A stretch of 64,000 bases of DNA from Thermoproteota archaeon (GCA_037917685.1 JAVCBU010000012.1:352001-416000), one strand, 5' to 3'; positions 27,790-38,589 are shown, counted from the first letter of the stretch. Numbers and translations are program-made. Notes: generated by a model from the sequence alone, not told the origin.

Positions 27790-29022
27790 TTAAAGTGGAG
27801 CTATTTCGACGAATTTTTTAATTCTTCCTATACCTTCCCGTATCTTATTTGTTTCTAACACTAAAGGAGCGAAGGATAACCTTGTCCATCCCTCAAGCCC
27901 GAAATCTAATCCTGGCGCCAATGCGATCTGCATTCCTTCAAGGAGCCTTCTACAGAATACCCTGGAATCTCGTATAAATTTTTCATGGTTAAAGAATATA
28001 TAGAAACCACCCATAGGTTTAATAGGGGTGAATATGGGGATTTCCTTTCTAAGAAGTTTATACGTCTCTTCTGCAACGTTCCTGTATAGCTCTCTACCCT
28101 TTTCATAGAAACTGCGAATCTCGTTAAGGGATTGTTCATCTAGTAAAAGGGTGGCTAAGACTTCTTGCTGAAGGCTGGCGGGTGTAAGATTCCGGGCTTG
28201 TTCTACGGTTTCTACAGCTCTTACTAACTCTTCGTCGGCTATCATATATCCTACTCTCCATCCTGGGATCCTAAGTTCTTTAGAGAACGTGCAGATATGT
28301 ACTTCGTTTTCAGACGGTGGAGAGTGCAGGTATTCAGGGTCTAACTCGTATGTAAACATTCTGTATGCTTGATCTAGAATCACAAGGATCGATTTCTCAG
28401 ATGCTAATTCAACTATCGCGTTATACATTCGTTGATCAAATATCTGGCCGTCGGGATTGCCTGGTGAGGTTAAAATTAGGGCTTTAGTTTTAGCACTTAT
28501 AAGGTTGTATAGTCGTTCAAGCTGGGGGTTAAATTCATTGTCCTCTATTATACTCCAATATTTCACCTTAACTTTAAGATTTGTTTCTATTTCAATTTGC
28601 CTTTTATAATTCAGATAGCCGGGGGAAGTTATCACTATTTCGTCTCCCTCATCTAGAATAGATTTGAGTAAAGCTGACGTGAGGTCTGTGCTGCCTAACC
28701 CTACGATTATCTGCTCTTTAGATATTTTTCTACCTAAAATCTTGTCTTCATAGTTGACAATCGCATCTATAAATTCGGGGATCCCTCTAGTAGCCCCATA
28801 CCTTACCGAAATAGTGAACTTCTCTTCGTCATCGAGCACCTTAAGCATGGCGTCTTTTAATATCCCAGGGGGGTTGTCTTGAGGCCAACCTCCGCCTAGG
28901 TATATTAGTTCTCTAGGATATTTTTCAGGATGCAATTTGTAGTCTGTGACAACTGTCATTATTTCTCTTATAGAACTTGGGTTATCTACTGCGAATTTAG
29001 CAACAGATGATAATTGAACCAT
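27790..29022 (-). CDS. PLP-dependent aminotransferase, class I/II
   Basis: SSIRE, YGATRG, SPGNPDG, LDQAY, TFSK (PLP Lys), PGWRVGY, GGFY; ATG at 29022 preferred. Confidence 0.88.
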   Translation of the reverse strand: MVQLSSVAKFAVDNPSSIREIMTVVTDYKLHPEKYPRELIYLGGGWPQDNPPGILKDAMLKVLDDEEKFTISVRYGATRGIPEFIDAIVNYEDKILGRKISKEQIIVGLGSTDLTSALLKSILDEGDEIVITSPGYLNYKRQIEIETNLKVKVKYWSIIEDNEFNPQLERLYNLISAKTKALILTSPGNPDGQIFDQRMYNAIVELASEKSILVILDQAYRMFTYELDPEYLHSPPSENEVHICTFSKELRIPGWRVGYMIADEELVRAVETVEQARNLTPASLQQEVLATLLLDEQSLNEIRSFYEKGRELYRNVAEETYKLLRKEIPIFTPIKPMGGFYIFFNHEKFIRDSRVFCRRLLEGMQIALAPGLDFGLEGWTRLSFAPLVLETNKIREGIGRIKKFVEIAPL

Positions 29023-29082
29023 CCGAATCATAGAGGATTAAGAAGGGTAAATGTAAAATATTTTTCCGTAGATGTACTCTTT

Positions 29083-29808
29083 GTGAAGCTAAAAAGTATA
29101 GTTTCGAAGGTAGCCGTGACGGGCGAAAATGTCCAACTGGGGGTTGCTTCGATTATTTTAGGGAGAAGTAAAATTGGAGGCGGATGTTACATCGGGTCCT
29201 TTAGCATTATAGGATACCCTCTGCGGAAAACTCTTATAGAATCATTTGAAAAAGGTATTGATATCTTTGAAAGATACGTGAACGGCGAAGGTCTAGGCTC
29301 AGTCTTAGGTGAGAGTTGTATTATTCGAAGCCACTCTATAATCTATGAAACCGTTGTTATCGGAGATTACGTTGAGACAGGTCATTCGATTATGATAAGG
29401 GAAGGGGTTAAAGTGGGATCTAACTCCAAAATAGGTTCACATACCATTATTGACGGCAATAGCTCTATAGGTAGAAACGTAAACATCCAATCCGGAAACT
29501 ATATCCCTCCGGGATCTAATATAGAGGATGATGTTTTTATGGGACCCTGTGTCACTGTAACTAACGATAAGTATCCCGTTAGTAAAAGATTAGCAGGTGT
29601 ATCAATAGGTAGGGGTGCAGTCATAGGGGCAGGCTCTGTGTTAATAGCTGGAGTCACAATAGGTAGGGGTGCAGTCATAGGGGCAGGCTCTGTAGTTACA
29701 AGGGATGTCGATGATGAAACCGTTGTTTATGGTTGTCCAGCTAGGTTTAGGTGTACACGGGAGGAGTATGACCTAAAAAGATCGTTGTACGAATCCGGAG
29801 AATCCTAA
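29083..29808 (+). CDS. Hexapeptide-repeat (LbH) N-acetyltransferase, WbpD-like
   Basis: Repeated IG hexapeptides, VFMGPCVTVTNDKYP, IGAGSVVTRDV, YGCPAR; start uncertain (29014 or 29083). Confidence 0.82.
   Translation: MKLKSIVSKVAVTGENVQLGVASIILGRSKIGGGCYIGSFSIIGYPLRKTLIESFEKGIDIFERYVNGEGLGSVLGESCIIRSHSIIYETVVIGDYVETGHSIMIREGVKVGSNSKIGSHTIIDGNSSIGRNVNIQSGNYIPPGSNIEDDVFMGPCVTVTNDKYPVSKRLAGVSIGRGAVIGAGSVLIAGVTIGRGAVIGAGSVVTRDVDDETVVYGCPARFRCTREEYDLKRSLYESGES
29603..29693 (+). repeat. Perfect 37-bp direct repeat with a 54-bp period inside the LbH acetyltransferase
   Basis: CAATAGGTAGGGGTGCAGTCATAGGGGCAGGCTCTGT at 29603-29639 and 29657-29693. Confidence 0.85.
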
Positions 29809-29815
29809 TGAAGGC

Positions 29816-30802
29816 CTATGCTTCGATTATTCCCTTCTCCGTTATCAATACCTCTACTTCGCCTTCAGGTAGATATGGGCTTTTCATAAGCCTTATCACT
29901 CTAACCCCTTTCTTACCCTTTCTTATGTAGAGTCTCATTGTCACACCGTGACCAAGGATATGTCCACCCGCTGGTCTAGTCGGGTCTCCATAGAAAGTTG
30001 ACGGGTCAGCTAACACTTGATTTGTTACAAGTACCGCGGCATTGTAAACAGTTGCAAGCTTTAGGAGCTTATGCATGTAAAGGTTGAGCTTCTGCTGCCT
30101 TACAGCAAGCGTTTCTCTCCCTACATATTCCCCCCTAAAATGGCTTATCAAAGAGTCTATTATTACTAATCCTATGTTTTTAGGTCTCATCAGCGCTTCA
30201 GCCTTTTCTGTTATCAGCATTTGATGGTCTGAAGTGAAAACTCTTGCATACCAGATCTTTTTCAGTGTTTCAATCGGGTCTAGGCCGAACGCCTCAGCTA
30301 TTTGTGCTATTCTCTCAGGCCTAAACGTGTGTTCGGTATCTATATAGAGAACCCCCTTTTCATACCCGCCTTTTTCTATCGGAAGCTGTGTTGTAACAGC
30401 AAGCTGGTGAGCGAGTTGTGTCTTCCCTGAACCATATGGGCCGTATATCTCTGTTATTGTTTGAGTTTCTATCCCTCCTCCAATAAGGGAATCCAAAGAG
30501 CGGACTCCCGTCGTTATCTTAACTATGTTTTTCCTTTTCAGGTAGTAGTCATAGGCTGTTTCTACTCCTATTTTCAATCTTTTCCTCGCGGAAGCTATTA
30601 TCTTTGAAGCTGTTGTCTCGCTTACTCCTATGGATGCCGCTAGTTCAGCGGGAGACGCAACCGCTATAGATTCAAAGGTGGCATAACCCATAGAAGCGAG
30701 TTTTCCAGCTGTTTGAGGGCCCACTCCTTCAAGTTCTGTAAGATCAACCGTCGTAGGCTCAGTATCAGCCTCAAGATCCTCCACAGATTTTTTCCTGGGC
30801 AT
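29816..30802 (-). CDS. radA: DNA repair and recombination protein RadA
   Basis: N-terminal HhH, GGGIETQ, GPYGSGKTQ, YIDTEHTFRPER, HFRGEYVGR, RQQKL; no intein. Confidence 0.96.
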   Translation of the reverse strand: MPRKKSVEDLEADTEPTTVDLTELEGVGPQTAGKLASMGYATFESIAVASPAELAASIGVSETTASKIIASARKRLKIGVETAYDYYLKRKNIVKITTGVRSLDSLIGGGIETQTITEIYGPYGSGKTQLAHQLAVTTQLPIEKGGYEKGVLYIDTEHTFRPERIAQIAEAFGLDPIETLKKIWYARVFTSDHQMLITEKAEALMRPKNIGLVIIDSLISHFRGEYVGRETLAVRQQKLNLYMHKLLKLATVYNAAVLVTNQVLADPSTFYGDPTRPAGGHILGHGVTMRLYIRKGKKGVRVIRLMKSPYLPEGEVEVLITEKGIIEA

Positions 30803-30842
30803 AAACTCACTATAATATTAGGCCAGTATAGAGTTATTTAAT

Positions 30843-32129
30843 TTACCTGTTGTAATACATGCGATACATACGAGGCTTTGAAGACGTTTTAATGCCATAC
30901 TCTTCCGCCCGATCAGCCGCATCTAGGACTAAGGGCATGATGTCTAATCCTCTAATGAATCCTAACCCACCCATGATTGCAGATACCTCATCAAAGCTTT
31001 TAACTTCGTCAACCCTGACTCCCCCGTGGAAGAGTATTGGAACAGGATCTCCAGTATGCATTCCAGTGATGCATGACGTCGAATGGTCGCCGGTTAGCAC
31101 GATTAATACGTCATCAGAACTAATATTATTTATGATTTCTATCCCCCGATCTATTTTTTCAATTAATTCTACTTTTAATAGTGGTTTCATATCGTGAGAG
31201 GCTATGTCTGTGGCCTTGATATGAACAAATACAAAATCGTATTCTCTGACAATCCTCGCAGCATACTTAAATTTAGAGTTGAAGTTACTGTTCACCCTAC
31301 CAGTTGCTCCTGGTACATTCACAATATCCATCCCCAACGCTGCCGCTACACCTTTGTAGAGAGGCCCCCCAGCTATGCAGGCCGCTTTGAAACCCCATCT
31401 CTCATGAAAACTTTCGAGAGAAGGTTTTACTCCTGCGCCACGGATAATAATGATGTTAGCAGGGGGTTTCCCTTTTATAATTCTATTTTTATTTACCTCA
31501 GATTTGTGTAGCACATCTTTGACATGTTTCAGATATTTATTAATGGCCTCTGCTGTTCTAATGGCATTCTCAGGGTTAGAAGCAGCCTCAAGAGGTTTAC
31601 ATTTTAAAGGTGGAACGCCTGTAACGTGAGGGTCAGTGTCGGTGATCTCAGATGATACTTTCGATCCGGAAACTAGAAGAATACCCCTGTGATCTAATGT
31701 ATTTATCAATTTAAATTTGAAACCGTCTATGGTCCCTATTTTCATGTTTACTTCGTCAGCAAGCTGTGAAGCGTACTCACTTTCTATTCTACCAGCTCTT
31801 CTATCAATTATAACATCTCCAGATAATGTTGCGAAGTTGACTCTAAATGCGATTGTCCCCTCTTCGATTTTTATCCCATACCCTAGAGCTTCTAAACTAC
31901 CTCGGCCGGGGTTTTCGATGTTTGGATCATATCCGAAATATGATAAATGAGCGCTGTCACTACCTGGTGGGACCCCAGGTGAGATTGGATGCACTAATCC
32001 AACAGAACCTTCTGAGGCTAGCATGTCAATATTAGGCTTAAGAGCTGTTTGAAGTGGGGTTTTATAACCAAGATCAGTGATGGGTCTGTCCCCAAGACCA
32101 TCAAGGATTATAAAGATTACTCTTCTCAA
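30843..32129 (-). CDS. apgM: 2,3-bisphosphoglycerate-independent phosphoglycerate mutase
   Basis: LDGLGDRP, PGSDSAHL, GRGSLEALG, AFRVNF, DRRAGRI, HIKATDIASHD, TGDHST, HTGDPVP. Confidence 0.93.
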   Translation of the reverse strand: MRRVIFIILDGLGDRPITDLGYKTPLQTALKPNIDMLASEGSVGLVHPISPGVPPGSDSAHLSYFGYDPNIENPGRGSLEALGYGIKIEEGTIAFRVNFATLSGDVIIDRRAGRIESEYASQLADEVNMKIGTIDGFKFKLINTLDHRGILLVSGSKVSSEITDTDPHVTGVPPLKCKPLEAASNPENAIRTAEAINKYLKHVKDVLHKSEVNKNRIIKGKPPANIIIIRGAGVKPSLESFHERWGFKAACIAGGPLYKGVAAALGMDIVNVPGATGRVNSNFNSKFKYAARIVREYDFVFVHIKATDIASHDMKPLLKVELIEKIDRGIEIINNISSDDVLIVLTGDHSTSCITGMHTGDPVPILFHGGVRVDEVKSFDEVSAIMGGLGFIRGLDIMPLVLDAADRAEEYGIKTSSKPRMYRMYYNR

Positions 32130-32139
32130 TTTAGAGACC

Positions 32140-34170
32140 TTACGGTGTCTTTATAACTTCGAAGATTGCTACCCTAGGGGCTGTCTGCCCTGTCAAATTG
32201 CCTGGAAATACTAGCCTGAAGTATTTAAGAACATGATAATTATAGCCAGCTTCAATCCCCATCTTAAACAGTGTAACGTTGAGAGCGGTCATGTAGTTAA
32301 GCGTAATTTGGAAATCCCTCACTTGGAAGTACCTCCTAAAGTCATACTGGTAGAATTGCCGAACCGTCTTGGGGGAGTAGGGATTATATGTAAATTTCTT
32401 AGCTATCCATCCAATTGCAACCCACTTGCCATCTCCGCTGAAAAGCTGGCCGGAGTTTCCTGCGAGTTCTCCTAATAAGTCGACCACCACATAGCTTATG
32501 TTGTATCTCATGCAGATATCGTAAGCTTCCTCCTCACTACCCATAAACGCTGTTGCTATTACTCTTATCTGTGTGGAATTAATTGTAAGCCCGTCTGCCA
32601 TTGTAACCCTCATAGACCCGTTAACTATCCAGTAGCCGTAATCCCACCATGACATTATTACATCGTTGTCATTAGCATTTTCCCTGAGCCATTTGAACGC
32701 AGCCTGCCATTGAGGATCTAGTGGGTCACTATAGGCTAAGCTCGGAATCAAATGGTATGTTTGAACAGATGAACCGACGAGGCATGTCATAACAAGTAGG
32801 GCTAACAGCAGTGGACTTATCAGAAGGTCGTATCTTGTTTTCACTTTTCTTCTCTTCTTGGCACGGACTTGCTTGATTCTTTGAATGGTTTTTATTCTGT
32901 CCTTAAGTATCTTATAGCTCTGTGACCATGTTATGCCAGATGCCACTGCCACAAAAGGTGCCGCTAGAGGGGGAAGCCTAGCCATAGACCACGCGAAGTA
33001 TAATGAGGTTAAAGTTGCCAGTAGGACTAGTAAGGAAGGCTCGTCATCCCATTTTTTAGCAAAAAAGATTAAACCTACAAGCGCGATGGGAAGTAGGAAG
33101 TTGAAATCGAAAAACAGACGACCTGTAGAATGTTCCGCAACTGTGTAAACTACTGAACCTCTTTCAAACTCTGTGAAGGGGTTTACCACTCTAAGCAGTC
33201 TACCTCGTAGGGGTGTACCGAGGCCTAGGTAGGGGAAAAGCATTATTACTATAGATAGAAGGATAGAAAATAGACTTCTATACTTCACTTTCAGCTTTAA
33301 GCGAGGTAGAAGCTCATATATAACTGCTGAAAGTATCGCCCCGTAAGCTATGTAAGCTTCAAGGTCGTCGGGGAAGAATGTATAAGCAAGGTTTGGAAAC
33401 CATAGTGTTCCCGCAATGGTATACAGCATGGTTATCGACAGTGAAAGTTCACTTTTCAGATCTATCCTCCCCAAGAGCCCTAGTAGTAACATAAACAGAG
33501 CATATCCATCAAGCAGGAACCTAAAACCTTTCCACATCCCAGCTACATATATGGAAGCAAAGCCGGATAACATAGAATAAATTATCGTTTTATAGAGCTC
33601 TTCTGATCTGAAAGCTTTTATGAGTAAATACAAGGACAACAATATTCCAGGAATTGCGAATTGTTCATGTCTATAAAACGATGAAAATGTTCTTTCATAG
33701 TATGCCAGAACTGTAGCTAACCCAAAGGCTGCAAAAACCCCGGAGGATTCATCCCATACCTCTCTTCCTATTAAATATACAAGAGGTATCGCAAACGAGG
33801 AGAAAATGGCTGGGATGTATACACAGAAGTTATGGATCGAAAGTTCTGGCATAAAGATTTTAGAAAGCTTGTAAAGGTATGCCCCTACATAATAGTGCAA
33901 AACTGGCAAAACATAATTTGGATTATAACTCCAGGGATGCCAAGCATAAGGGTCTCTACTTGGTAAAGTTCCATTATTAACAACATACTCTGTCATTCGA
34001 TAATGTAGTAAGGGATCATCACCAGGCAGATGCTCCCCATACCTTAAGGCAGGTAGGATTCTAATATACACAGATAGGGTAAACGCTCCTAGAACCAATA
34101 AGATAATTACAAATCTCCTTATAAGTGGTTTCTGAAAGATCCCGGTTAGCGCCTCCAATCTTATCAGCAC
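32140..34170 (-). CDS. aglB: Oligosaccharyltransferase AglB (STT3 family)
   Basis: Multi-TM N-terminus with DPLLH, TVAEH, SWWDYGYWI, ADG. Confidence 0.9.
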   Translation of the reverse strand: MLIRLEALTGIFQKPLIRRFVIILLVLGAFTLSVYIRILPALRYGEHLPGDDPLLHYRMTEYVVNNGTLPSRDPYAWHPWSYNPNYVLPVLHYYVGAYLYKLSKIFMPELSIHNFCVYIPAIFSSFAIPLVYLIGREVWDESSGVFAAFGLATVLAYYERTFSSFYRHEQFAIPGILLSLYLLIKAFRSEELYKTIIYSMLSGFASIYVAGMWKGFRFLLDGYALFMLLLGLLGRIDLKSELSLSITMLYTIAGTLWFPNLAYTFFPDDLEAYIAYGAILSAVIYELLPRLKLKVKYRSLFSILLSIVIMLFPYLGLGTPLRGRLLRVVNPFTEFERGSVVYTVAEHSTGRLFFDFNFLLPIALVGLIFFAKKWDDEPSLLVLLATLTSLYFAWSMARLPPLAAPFVAVASGITWSQSYKILKDRIKTIQRIKQVRAKKRRKVKTRYDLLISPLLLALLVMTCLVGSSVQTYHLIPSLAYSDPLDPQWQAAFKWLRENANDNDVIMSWWDYGYWIVNGSMRVTMADGLTINSTQIRVIATAFMGSEEEAYDICMRYNISYVVVDLLGELAGNSGQLFSGDGKWVAIGWIAKKFTYNPYSPKTVRQFYQYDFRRYFQVRDFQITLNYMTALNVTLFKMGIEAGYNYHVLKYFRLVFPGNLTGQTAPRVAIFEVIKTP

Positions 34171-34238
34171 TCAACTATAGAAAGCTATATCATATAAAGT
34201 TTGCATATTCTCCTCCAAGACCATGCAAATAAATTGAT

Positions 34239-34358
34239 CTATAAATTAGCAGTTGAAGTAGCAACTTTGGTCTCATATAGTAAACTGCTGCTTACAAAAT
34301 AGAACACAAAGATAATACCAAGCATTAAACTCGCAATTACGCGGCTCCTCTTATACAA
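34239..34358 (-). CDS. Putative 39-aa small membrane/signal-peptide ORF (absent from the ORF track)
   Basis: TTG start; MYKRSRVIASLMLGIIFVFYFVSSSLLYETKVATSTANL, a basic N-region plus hydrophobic stretch. Confidence 0.25.
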   Translation of the reverse strand: MYKRSRVIASLMLGIIFVFYFVSSSLLYETKVATSTANL

Positions 34359-34404
34359 TATATCGAATTAAACGGTTAAATGTTTCCAAAAAGTAGAGGT
34401 AAAT

Positions 34405-35901
34405 GTGGATCGGCGAAGAGTAGCACTAATCACCCTAATTCTACTCCTATTGCTTATTTCTCTCTATAAAGGTGAGAAATGTATAATAAATGCAAAAATT
34501 CGTATAGTGAACACAAAGCTTGAGAATCTCAGGTCACAGAGGGATTCTATTATGGAAGACATCCTATTTAGCTCAGATTCGGATTATGTCAGTAAGGCTA
34601 TGTTTGATTATTCAGAAATAGTAAGGGAAATTTGCAGACTAGAGGAAGAGTTGAGTAATCTTGAATACAGTTTAAATCCTGAAGAAGGGCGGAATAAACT
34701 CATTGAAGAAATGGAAAATCGAATCGAAGGTGAGCTTAAAGGTCATTTAAATGCTATTATCAAAAATTACCCTGATGTAGTGCCCTTCGACGATGAAAGA
34801 ATAGCCTTAGTGCTCTATGATACCGAGGAAGGTAAAAGACTCTGTTATAACCCGGAGACTATTTTCTGGATGGGACAAGCAACGTACCTTGACTATATTG
34901 AAACAGGAGAGCCTTTTTATAGAGATTTTTTTATGAGAGTTTTGAACTGGTCTTTAAAACACGCTGTCTGGAGAGCATGTATGGAAGATCAGGATATCCA
35001 CATGCCATTGAGAATTTTACCCTCACCAGGGTGGTCCCAACCATTTGTCGATAGAAATGTAAGCTTTAGATATCTCATCCCCAACAGAGAGGCAAGAATA
35101 CATGTTGAAAATATCTCAGGTAGGGGTAAACTTATCATCGAATATTCGGGTGGAGGTGGAAAATTGGATTTGGATTACGGATACGGGAAAACTAGAATTT
35201 CTATTCCAAAAAGTGCCAACGGAAAGATTGAAGTTGAACTTGCCATGTTTAAGCGTGAGTTAAAGTTAAAATACAAGGGGGGAACCATTCAGGTTGATAA
35301 AGTAAGCTTAAGAACAGAGTTTGAAACTTTTGTATTGGACGTCGGTAGAAATTCAAGACCGTATATTTCCCATGAGTATGGATTTCTCTTCCCCTACTCC
35401 GGAGTAGAACCGCCTTGGATTTCAGCTATGGCCCAGGGAGTCTTGCTTGAAATATTATCCTATGGATATAACCTTACCGGATTAAAGATTTATTATGAGA
35501 TAGGTATAAGACTGCTTCCGGTATTTGATGTCCCTTCATACATGGGTGGAGTCAGAGAAGTAGACTCTAACCATGAATGGTGGTATGCAGAATATCCTGG
35601 GTCGAAAAACTACGTGCTAAATGGTTTTTTAACCAGCCTTAGAGGATTACACATGTTCTACAAAGTTACAGGTAGCATAGAATCATACATACTTTTTATG
35701 TATGGTTTGAATGAGGCCAAGAGACATCTTAACGAGTACGACACTGGCTCTTGGACGTTCTATGACGCTAAGGGAAACAGAGCTAATATTGGATACCACA
35801 GGTATCACATTAAACTCCTCAGATACCTGTTAGAGGTTACTGGAGACAAAGACATAGAGATTATCCTAAAGAGGTGGGAGTCATATCTTACAGGAGACTA
35901 G
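34405..35901 (+). CDS. Membrane-anchored D-glucuronyl C5-epimerase family protein
   Basis: PPWISAMAQG, WYAEYP, YVLNGF, YDTGSWTFYD, GYHRYHI, RWESY match the C5-epimerase C-terminal domain; N-terminal TM plus coiled coil. Confidence 0.82.
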   Translation: MDRRRVALITLILLLLLISLYKGEKCIINAKIRIVNTKLENLRSQRDSIMEDILFSSDSDYVSKAMFDYSEIVREICRLEEELSNLEYSLNPEEGRNKLIEEMENRIEGELKGHLNAIIKNYPDVVPFDDERIALVLYDTEEGKRLCYNPETIFWMGQATYLDYIETGEPFYRDFFMRVLNWSLKHAVWRACMEDQDIHMPLRILPSPGWSQPFVDRNVSFRYLIPNREARIHVENISGRGKLIIEYSGGGGKLDLDYGYGKTRISIPKSANGKIEVELAMFKRELKLKYKGGTIQVDKVSLRTEFETFVLDVGRNSRPYISHEYGFLFPYSGVEPPWISAMAQGVLLEILSYGYNLTGLKIYYEIGIRLLPVFDVPSYMGGVREVDSNHEWWYAEYPGSKNYVLNGFLTSLRGLHMFYKVTGSIESYILFMYGLNEAKRHLNEYDTGSWTFYDAKGNRANIGYHRYHIKLLRYLLEVTGDKDIEIILKRWESYLTGD

Positions 35902-37214
35902 CCTGGCACGACTTTAATGATTACAAATCCTCTCCTATCTCTAAACTCTATTAAACAGGGGTAAAACTTGAAATGGTCATAAACGTATTTAGGAGTAGTT
36001 TTTTCATAGCTGTCAATTATGATTATTGAGACATTCATCTCCTTTATATATCTATCAACTCTTTCCTCTTCGGGAAAGTAATAGGTTACCTTTCGGGAAA
36101 AGAAATGTACCTGCCTGTAGGACTGAGCTAAGATTGTTGTATTGTCTACCGAATGAGTTCTTATCCACATTCCGGCGTCCTCAATTAGGGAAAAAGTCCA
36201 GTTATGACTATACGTTAAACCTAACCCAGATTTACATTGGAACACCACACATATCAGAAATATACAGAATAACACTTTCTTGCTAAACTTTTTGATAGAA
36301 TAAGAAGCCGCTATCAAAACAGATGCATGTGCTATTAACAAGTATCTGAGAGTTGGATGATACCACAATATATTTGCAATAACAGGGAGAAGGAACAGCA
36401 GAAAACTTCTTTGATTCCACCTACTTTTACATTCAGATCGCCAACCAGCGATCGATAGTAAGAAAATCGGTAAAGGTAAGTACATGTAGAATCTTAAGAG
36501 AACTACTCTCAGTGAATATTCTACATTTCCACCTATATACCTCACGAGATAAGCTGAGTGTGAGACTAGTGGAGTCCCATGGTTGGCCATTGACCAGTAT
36601 ATCCACGGGGAAATCAGTGCCACGGTTAAGCCGAGTTGAAATATGCACCGTTTAGGGTGGATGCCATCCTTCACACGTTCATATAGAAGTGGCAAGAGAT
36701 ATACAGCTGCGCTATACTTTGTAAGAAATGCAGCGGCGGCAGGTATAACGGAGAAAGTCCTTAATAGTCCACCGAGATCGTTTAGTATATACGTTAGAAG
36801 CGTCAAGAAAAGCAAGAGAGTGTCAGGTGTAGTTCTTGTGGCAACTTCCATATAGATGGGACTTAACCCTAAGAGAAGAACGGATAGTATAGCTATAGCA
36901 GGATTTGACTCTTTACTAATAACATAGTATAATAATAGAAGAGTTAAAACAGCAAACAACGGGCTGACATATCGATAGCCATCCATTCCTAGTACCCCCA
37001 TAAAAACAGCCATAGTTATGGGATATCCCGGGGGAACGTCTCCTGGCATGTTATTAAAGCTGTAACTTCCGTTTTTTATCAGTGAGTATGCAAGAGAGGC
37101 GTATAGACCTCCATCGTAAATCAATCCTGAATAGCTTGCAAAATAAAAGTACAAGAAGGAAAATAGACATGATATTATATATGAATAAATCCTTCGCTGG
37201 TCCATTTTAATCAA
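35898..37214 (-). CDS. GT-C (ArnT/PMT-like) membrane glycosyltransferase
   Basis: YDGGLYASLA, PPGYP, PD, AFLTKY, LRYL; about 11 TM segments plus a small soluble C-terminal domain. Confidence 0.78.
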   Translation of the reverse strand: MIKMDQRRIYSYIISCLFSFLYFYFASYSGLIYDGGLYASLAYSLIKNGSYSFNNMPGDVPPGYPITMAVFMGVLGMDGYRYVSPLFAVLTLLLLYYVISKESNPAIAILSVLLLGLSPIYMEVATRTTPDTLLLFLTLLTYILNDLGGLLRTFSVIPAAAAFLTKYSAAVYLLPLLYERVKDGIHPKRCIFQLGLTVALISPWIYWSMANHGTPLVSHSAYLVRYIGGNVEYSLRVVLLRFYMYLPLPIFLLSIAGWRSECKSRWNQRSFLLFLLPVIANILWYHPTLRYLLIAHASVLIAASYSIKKFSKKVLFCIFLICVVFQCKSGLGLTYSHNWTFSLIEDAGMWIRTHSVDNTTILAQSYRQVHFFSRKVTYYFPEEERVDRYIKEMNVSIIIIDSYEKTTPKYVYDHFKFYPCLIEFRDRRGFVIIKVVPG

Positions 37215-38587
37215 CTACGGACCTTTATAGATGCAAGTAAGATTGCTATAGAAACCGCGATATAGACATATACATTTAAGTCAAGCAACCCTGTTTCTAC
37301 AGCTACGATTGTATACGCCACAAGCGTCGAGTAAGGACCAAGCAGGGTTTTGCAGTTAGGTTTGATAGAAAGACCATAGCTTAGACCTATCACGAAGCCG
37401 TACATGAAAAGTACAATGACAGCACCTATAAGGCCGAAATCTACTATTAACGGACCATATAGTGTTGAGGTAATAGAAATATAGGGTGTCCCTCTTAATA
37501 GAAATGCCACAATTCTCCGCGGTGCAATTTTTGGGCCAGGAAGAGATCTAAACATCGAGCTTAAGACAGCCCAGTGTAGGGATCCCTTTGTTAATCCTCC
37601 AATTCCATACTTTTCTATTAGAAGGTCAAGGTTAGAGCAGGTGACCGTATTTCTTATCAGTACTGTTTGAAGGGGAGAAAAAGCTACACCTATAAGCCAA
37701 TATCTCAACACGCTTATGCCAAGGTACAGGAGAATTGAAATTATGGCTGCTATCCCTATTTCAATGAAATTAATGAGTTCCAGGTAGTAAGCAACAACTA
37801 GATAGCCAACAAGGAGTGCTACAACCTCTGTCCTATAAGCCAGAAGCATCACAACAATTACTGCTGGGATAAGGATTAACAATGAATTAAGCCTAGCTTT
37901 AGCCATTTCTTTGACGTCTCTCGACACTTTAAGGCTACTTATAGTGTATAGACTCCCAGGAACTATGGACCATGACAACATTGTATATAGGGGTAGGAGC
38001 CTTCTTCTGACATCCTCGCTAAATAGCGGGACGCCTCCCGCGATCCTGATCTGATATATAAATGCTACATATCCTATAAAAAGCATCACTAAGCCTATTT
38101 TAAACACTATTTTAGGTTTGACGTTTACTGCCACGCTGTTTGAGTCCTTATATCCAATTAATGCCCCTAATACGAAGCTTAACGAGCAACATGCAATTAC
38201 TGTTAGAGTTCTAGCAGAAAAATGGGTTTTTGCAGACGAAAAAAATATTAGTATAGTCAACATAACGATAAGAGGACTCATGAAATGTTTTATCGTCCAG
38301 CTTCTCCACTTAATTTCTGGAAGTAGATCTGTCCAAATCATGTATATTCTATGGTGGAGCCTTTCGAGGTAAGTATAGAGTGTTTTTATAAGTCTAAACG
38401 CAAGTGACTCGTATACAAGAGTTTTCCAATCTGTTATGGTTCTCCCCGTTCGAATCTTTTTTCGAAGCTTTTCTACAAGAAAACTTTGGTATATCGAGTT
38501 TCTAACGAAGTTAAAGGATATATCAAGAGCTTTGTAGGATATGCTCATCGTAACTATTCTTTTTAGGTTTTGTATCATGTTGAACAC
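37211..38587 (-). CDS. Oligosaccharide repeat-unit polymerase (Wzy-like) membrane protein
   Basis: GGVPLF, LLAYRT, PRR, SITSTLYGPLIVDFG, AVETG; about 10 TM segments. Confidence 0.7.
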   Translation of the reverse strand: MFNMIQNLKRIVTMSISYKALDISFNFVRNSIYQSFLVEKLRKKIRTGRTITDWKTLVYESLAFRLIKTLYTYLERLHHRIYMIWTDLLPEIKWRSWTIKHFMSPLIVMLTILIFFSSAKTHFSARTLTVIACCSLSFVLGALIGYKDSNSVAVNVKPKIVFKIGLVMLFIGYVAFIYQIRIAGGVPLFSEDVRRRLLPLYTMLSWSIVPGSLYTISSLKVSRDVKEMAKARLNSLLILIPAVIVVMLLAYRTEVVALLVGYLVVAYYLELINFIEIGIAAIISILLYLGISVLRYWLIGVAFSPLQTVLIRNTVTCSNLDLLIEKYGIGGLTKGSLHWAVLSSMFRSLPGPKIAPRRIVAFLLRGTPYISITSTLYGPLIVDFGLIGAVIVLFMYGFVIGLSYGLSIKPNCKTLLGPYSTLVAYTIVAVETGLLDLNVYVYIAVSIAILLASIKVRS

Positions 38588-38589
38588 CT

